Source: Nymphaea colorata
Lineage: Eukaryota
Assembly (NCBI RefSeq): GCF_008831285.2
Contig: NC_045138.2
Location: 2,108,001 to 2,172,000, forward strand
Direction of reading: 5' to 3'
Length of the DNA: 64,000 nucleotides
The notes under the pieces are model-generated. The model saw nothing but the letters and a program-made list of their open reading frames with translations, searched no databases and had not been told where the DNA came from. The translations under genes and the position numbers were made by a program. Shown one piece after another: positions 57,743 through 64,000 of this stretch (positions are counted from its first letter, which is position 1; the number at the start of each line of letters is the position of its first letter).

Positions 57743-58214
57743 GATGGAGGTAGTCGTAGTGAGCTGCCGCAAAAAGGTGGCCAGACTTCATTGCTTGTTT
57801 CATGAGGTGGCGCCACCCTTGTAGTTCTTGATGGTGTTCTCAGGCTCTAGTGTAGAGCGACGCAGCCCATTCTGACTGGTGTGCGCATATGTGGAGAGAG
57901 GTAAAGGTCTTTTGGGTATTTACTATCCAGCGAGAGAAAACTCTTCACTTATCCATCCATTTCACTGGAGAAATTATGGCTCCTAATTGCCTAGCTGGTA
58001 GATAGATAAGTGAAGACTTTTCTTCCCTTGGATAGTAAATAGCCACAAGACTTCTGCATCTCTCTCTCTCTCACTAGATGCATGCACCCACCAGCATGGG
58101 CTGCACTACCTCTAGACTAGAGGGTGATGACACCACCAGAGCGGCGCTGCCTCATGAAACATGCAGTGAAGTCCCACCATCTTTTCGCGGCCGCTCAATA
58201 TGACTACCTCCATC
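57743..58214. repeat. Inverted repeat (hairpin E')
   Basis: gatggaggtagtc/gactacctccatc and the same internal pairs as 27841-28310. Confidence 0.88.
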
Positions 58215-58356
58215 AACTCTATCATAAGGCAAAAAATTCAAGCTTATATATGCCCTTGAGAAGTGGAATCATAGGCACACTACCTCCATCAACTCCATCA
58301 TAAGGCAAACAATTCAAGCTTATATAGGCCCTTCAGAAGTGGAATCATAGGCACAC
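58203..58356. repeat. ~76-bp tandem duplication
   Basis: actacctccatcaactc..tcataaggcaaa...agaagtggaatcataggcac occurs twice. Confidence 0.85.
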
Positions 58357-60324
58357 CATCCACAAGCCTGGAATGCATCTCCCTTCCATAGAGGCTGTCA
58401 AAATATTTATTGATTCTCTTCCACCATTGTTAATAAGTTTTCATTGTGATAACACGCAATTTTTAATTTCTTGATTGATTCCAAGAGGCATACACATTAG
58501 ACATTGCTGAGGATCATGAAAAGCAAAGCAAATGGCAATTGTATGCAATGTAAAATTCTCGGTATATGAAAATTAGGAAAACATTTTCATGAAAAAGTCA
58601 AACCAAGTGGTTTTCATGGTTTATCATGCAAACACAAACATTACTAGAGATATTGTTATTGACTTCTTGCACTGAAAGTGGGAAATTGAAGGAAACTGGA
58701 TACCAACATACCACCAGAGGAAATGCCTGAACCAGAGACGGATTTCCAAGTATTTACGTGTGTCGCCATCTCTTTTCGGAGTATGACACTTCTTTTAAAC
58801 GTCTAAAAATTAGCCAAAATCTGGTTAATTACCTGCGTGTGTTCATTAGTAATGTGTAATGTTATAGATATCATTCAATTTTTTCCATTGCATTAATTAA
58901 GCTGACACTAATATGGTTATGTTAGTAAAAGAACTTGTTTTCAAAAAATGTTTCCTTTTTTGTGATGAAACATAAAAGCAGTGTCTTTCCTTTTCATTTG
59001 TCATTACATTGAAAAGTAAGCATATGCAACGTAGCTATTCCACTGCAATCCATTGTTTGCAAGATTGATTAACTAATAACTAGAAATATTTAAACATATT
59101 ATACCGTGAGATAAATGTAAAACAATCTAAAACAATCTTCTGAACGGCTGATTTGGAAATAAATAATTCTTTCTCAATTTCAATGGAAGGGGGAAACCAG
59201 CTCGATTCATCGGAACTTCTAAATAATGGAACTTGGATCAATAAACTCGAGTTCAAATATTGCTTCTCGTGAAAATAAGTTGTTCCAGTTTAACTATAAA
59301 CTTCCACATTTAATTGCAGGAATCTTACTGTAACGAACTCTACAACAATTTTCTTCAACAATCATATTCGTCAAACTTACTTTAAAGAAATGTGGTTAGA
59401 AAAATGGGATGGTACATATGCGAATGACCCACAAATCATCCTCAAAAGAGAATCAGTTCTATATGGTGAAAGCCATTTCAGTAATTGAGAGCATTCTAGG
59501 GAACCTGTTTAAGAAGACAAGATTATTTAACTTTACAAGCAGTGTTGTTAGATGCGTTGCAGGGGCGGAGCCAAGGGGGGGCCAGCAGGGGCTCTAGCTC
59601 CCCCTCAAAAAGAAAAATTAAAATATTACATGTAAATTTTAGAAAATTCAGTTGTCCTATATAAAAATTTTAAAAATTAATATTTTGGCCCCTCTCAAAA
59701 TTTAGAAACTTTAATTCGGCTAATTTCTGAAATAGTAAAACGCTTCAAACAACAAAAATGCTGCGTATTTCATCTGGTGCACACATGCACACACATGACG
59801 AGGTGATGTGCCTGCACCATGAGGATGTGCATCTGGTGGGTGATGGGTGTCCCACAGGTTTTCCAAAAATGGACACTCCCTAAGCTTCAAACACCAGGGA
59901 AATGTCTCGCCATGAACATAAACTTCCTAACTCCACCCGTTTGGCAATGACATTAATGCACCCCTACTCTTCGGCAAACTGTCCCGCAGCCACTGCATGA
60001 CATTCAGTGACGATTTGATCCAGTTTCAGTAGGTATTTCTGTCTATCTCTTATCTTTTTTTCCTCTTCTCTTCTAGTTGGATGGTTGCCGTCTGCCGACA
60101 AGAATTTCAGATCGGCCTATATCGATTCTTACAGTTGTCCGACATATGACATGGTTTCCCATTCATCTATATTTATTAGACATCTAAATTTGATATTATG
60201 TAACATGAAATTTGTTTTAAGGAACAAAACTTGTCAACTTAATTTTATCTGTTATTTAGTATTTGCTTATAATTATTATATATCAAACTCTTTCGTTTCT
60301 CATTTCCTTAGTTTTATCAATTGA

Positions 60325-60970
60325 GAATCAAGATTTTCTAATGAATGTGAGCTAACAAGCGAAAAAAAAGCTTTGTACCTTTTTTGAATTTTTATGAAAT
60401 TCCACTGTACTTTGAAGAAACATATTTTCTAGGTTTTTTCAAGCCAGAGACCATACCTTTATAGTTAATTTCAATTTATATAAAAATATACATAGGTAGT
60501 TTTTTATATAATTTAGTTTCTTAAATCACTTTTACCTTCTTATTTTTTTATATTTTACATTTTAAAAGAATATTATATATTTCAAACTTTTCTACCTGGT
60601 GCTTGCACATCACATAGATACATTGCACGTTGCTTCATCTCACAAGCTCAACGCATCGCTTCGCATCAATGCACTTAACAACATTAAAATTGAATCAAGA
60701 TTTTTCTTTGTACATGAATAGGAGCTAACAAGTGAAATAAAGCTTTGAAACATTGGTTTTTGATTTTTTATGGCATTCTATCGTACTTTGAAAAAACATA
60801 TTTTTCATCATAGGTTTTTCAAGCTAGAGATCATACTTCTATAGTTAATTTCAATTTATGGAAAATTATACATAGGTAGTTTTTTGTATAATTTAGTTTC
60901 CTAAATCATTTTTACCTTCTTATTTTTTTAGATTTTACATTTTTAGAGAATATTATATATTTCAAAATTT
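60325..60970. repeat. ~270-bp direct duplication with ~95-bp spacer
   Basis: gaatcaagatttt...gagctaacaag...tacataggtagttttt...gaatattatatat occurs twice. Confidence 0.85.
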
Positions 60971-60979
60971 AGTCTATCA

Positions 60980-61780
60980 AGCAATGGCTGATTCTGTTCA
61001 AAACCCATCTTTGACATTTTTAATTAATTGTTGAAAAATAAGAAATTTGCAATTTTGTTACAAATAAGGAGCCATAGGAAAGTTGGGATATAGCCTTATT
61101 AAGATCTTTTCAAGGCAGTGGCACCCAATTAATGATATGATCCAGTTCAGCCTTAACATTATAATAGGTCCAATCAGATAACTGGATCGGACCAATATAT
61201 ATGACCCAATACCACATATACAAGAACAGGGCCCATTTGTGAGCAAATATTCAAGGCACCATCCTGATCGGATCAACATGAAAAGAAATATCTTGCTGAC
61301 AGGAACTGATCTGGGGAGCCTGGACCTGCTGCTCCACCCACTCATTGCAACCTTTATCTTGAAATTAATGAAAATTAAGAAAAATATAGGATCAGAAATC
61401 AGGATATGTGTGAACTTAATTAAATATCATTTATTGCCTAAAAAACATAGCTTATACACGGAAGCAAATAGAAGAAATAATTTCTCTGAACAAGATAAAT
61501 AGCAGCACTGAGGTATTGAAAACGACAATGAATTGGAAAAGTCTGCTGAGAAAGAAACGAGGAAGAAGACGATGGCAAGGAAGGTAGTCGCCCATTTAAG
61601 TGTACTTCGTTCTTATTTTTAAGAAATTAAGTTCATCTAGTAAGTCTTCCATCGAGCAGGTTTGAATATGAACACAACAAAAGGTATGCACCAGTTTGCT
61701 TTTCCTACATTTGTTTGCCTCATAGTGTCATACCCCCAACAGTTGTCACCATCATCTTTCATTTAGTTGCTACAAGGCGG
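60980..61780 (+). pseudogene. Duplicated DEFL promoter + dead exon 1 (MARKVVAHLSVLRSYF*), unit 6, cut by a retroelement
   Basis: ATG 61572; near-identical to unit 5 until gctacaaggcggg at ~61780. Confidence 0.82.
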
Positions 61781-61781
61781 G

Positions 61782-64000
61782 GATCCTCATCACGTACGGT
61801 GACGACTGATGGACCAGAATTCTATTTGAAGCATTGATGAAGAGTAGATGGGACTCGCCGCACTTGGTGGATCCAAGGTTGTCCCAAAAGCAAGTTATAT
61901 GATGGTGGTACATCCACCACATGTAATACAATGTAATGACTGGTGTTTTTGATGGTCATATTCATGTCGAGGGCACCCTTGCTGTTCATGCTTCGGCCAT
62001 CGTATCCGTAGATCTTGATATCATCAGAGCGATACTCGTTTTCATGAAATCCCAAAGTTTTGGTCATGAGATCACGACAAATATTTAAACAACTTCTACC
62101 ATCGATCAATACATGTGGCACAATCATCCTATTGACCTGGATGACAATGTACATAGCATTTACATGATAGTATACTCATTTCGAGAGATCCTCTTCTGAA
62201 AAGGTAATTGACTAGTCCTTAGAGGGTTGAATCCAATCTCCCTCAACTATACGTTCTTCCAAGGGGCAGACATCCAAATAGCATGGATCCCCATCCGAAG
62301 TATCATCTGATGATTCATCATCATCGCCTCATAAGATAAAAGTCATTGGAATTGTGGTAGTTTCTTTTGACGAACTTTCTACCTTGTTGTTCATCATAGC
62401 AATAAAATCTCGAGGTTTCTTACCTCGAATTGTCATCATGACTTTGTTTAAACTGCCTTCATCAGAAGGTCAGATGTGCTCTTGCCATCTTCCCGTGATC
62501 ATGAGAATGAATTCCTTAATACCTCAGGCATACTATCATCATCAATCTTGAGATCCTTGTTGATGAAATCTTGAATAATGTTTTTGAGGACAAAACAATC
62601 CTCAGTGTCATGACCAGGGGCACGATGAAATTTATATAGTTCTTCTCTATTTCCTCTCATCATTTTTGGAGGCTTTGATACTTTTGCCAAGACGATAGTT
62701 CCTTTAGCAAGGAGGTACTCTAGGATCTTCTTGCAGGACTGGATGAGAGGGTGAATTTCCGGTCATAACTCGAGCCTGGGTGTTTGTTTTTCTTTTCTTC
62801 ATTGCCTTTGGGCAAATGTATATTCTTCTTGTGATTGCTTCTTTGTCATATCGATAATTGTTGTCGTTGTCCTTTCGAATACTGCCTTCAGCTATGAAAT
62901 GTGTAGGCAACTATGTCATCCCTCCTTTCTTTCCATTTTCCTTGTACTTAGGAGAAATGATTCCATCAAAATCATCTTCCTCAATTGAATTTGCTTGTTC
63001 AATTAATTCCGCAAAGGTCTTGATTGGGGCATTGCAGATGAGTCTTTTCAAGGGCTGGGTGAGATTTTTTCTAATAAGCAACAAAGTTTGTGTTCCAGAA
63101 ATTGGATCCTTCATCTTGTTGCACTGAATTCTCTATTTTTTTATGAATTCTCAAGCCTTTTCGCCTTGTTTTTTATGGAGACTGCAAATGGTATTGAGAG
63201 TTAGAGGCATGGTAGAATTTTGCTCAAATCTTTCAATGAACATGTTAATCAATCTGTCAAACTCCTTTAGTTTGTCTGAGTTGACATTTTCTTTGTACCA
63301 TTGTGTGGCAATGCCTTCAAGACTTCTCAAGAAATAGCAAAACAATGCTTTGTTATTTATCCAAATTTTGTAGCAATCATTGAAAAAAGTTGAAAGATGA
63401 ACGTGTGGGCAGGTGGTGCCATTATATCTGACGAACTCCCTGAGCAAGCCCTTCATGTCTTCTTCTCCTTCAATACCAAGGTAGTAATCCTCACATGAGC
63501 ATGAGTGTTTTTCTTTTCCCTAAGTTCATGATTGTTCATTATTTTTTCCATTTTATGGAACTTGCGCTTGATCGGACTTTCATCATCACTTGATTCGATT
63601 AATTCTAACTTAGTTTTTTTCTTCTTGCCCTTGATATCCTTTACTTTCTCTTCAGAATTCTCACTGTCTTAGCTACTGTTGGGGATATACTTCTTTGTCT
63701 TTTTACCTCTTTTGGTAGACTTTCTCTTCCTTTTGGGTTTCTCCTCTAAACTTCCAGTGGTGATGGGGCTAGGTGAACAACTTTCCTCCATATCTATTTT
63801 TCCTTGTTGCTTTTCTTTGTTGTCTTTTTCTTCTTAAGAGGAAGCAGTTTGGGTTTTTCCTCCTTGCTTGTTGTGGAATCCGAACTCAGATGATCTTCGT
63901 CCCGGTCTATAAGAGAAGATTTGTTGTTTTTCTTCTATTTCTTTTGATTGGCAGCCTTTCCATTTTCTTGTTCTGAAGTAATCATCAAGGTCTTTTGTTC
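61782..64000 (-). mobile_element. Ty3/gypsy Tat/Ogre-type gag-protease remnant
   Basis: gag YNGTTCPHVHL...SLEGIATQWY; knuckle FHRAPGHDTEDC; protease VLIDGRSCLNI...YNLLLGQPWIH...PSTLHQ. Confidence 0.9.

Overview
Plant (angiosperm) nuclear DNA, repeat-rich, with one apparently intact protein-coding gene: a two-exon, 10-Cys defensin-like (DEFL) gene, join(6039..6093,9444..9625), which the ORF track misses. About 0.5 kb downstream and convergent with it lies a near full-length, decayed partitivirus (deltapartitivirus-like) RdRp segment, an endogenous non-retroviral RNA-virus element (~10.1-11.6 kb), next to a truncated Ty1/copia element. Most of the rest is a tandem array of segmental duplicates. 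In four units the DEFL promoter, 5'UTR and a dead exon 1 recur (ATGs 21195, 32465, 54486, 61572), and a fifth has promoter only (~43.8-44.1 kb). In three of these units the dead exon 1 is followed not by exon 2 but by strings of long inverted repeats (0.45-3.9 kb); the last is cut short by a retroelement. Ten hairpins are seen in the window, several built from captured cellular-gene fragments. This looks like a multi-hairpin (hpRNA/siRNA) locus driven by a co-opted DEFL promoter; transcription and small-RNA output are inferred, not shown. Ty3/gypsy Tat/Ogre-type remnants, hAT-type MITEs, a CCD4-like fragment and (TA)n microsatellites fill the remainder. All alignments were made by eye, so repeat boundaries are approximate.
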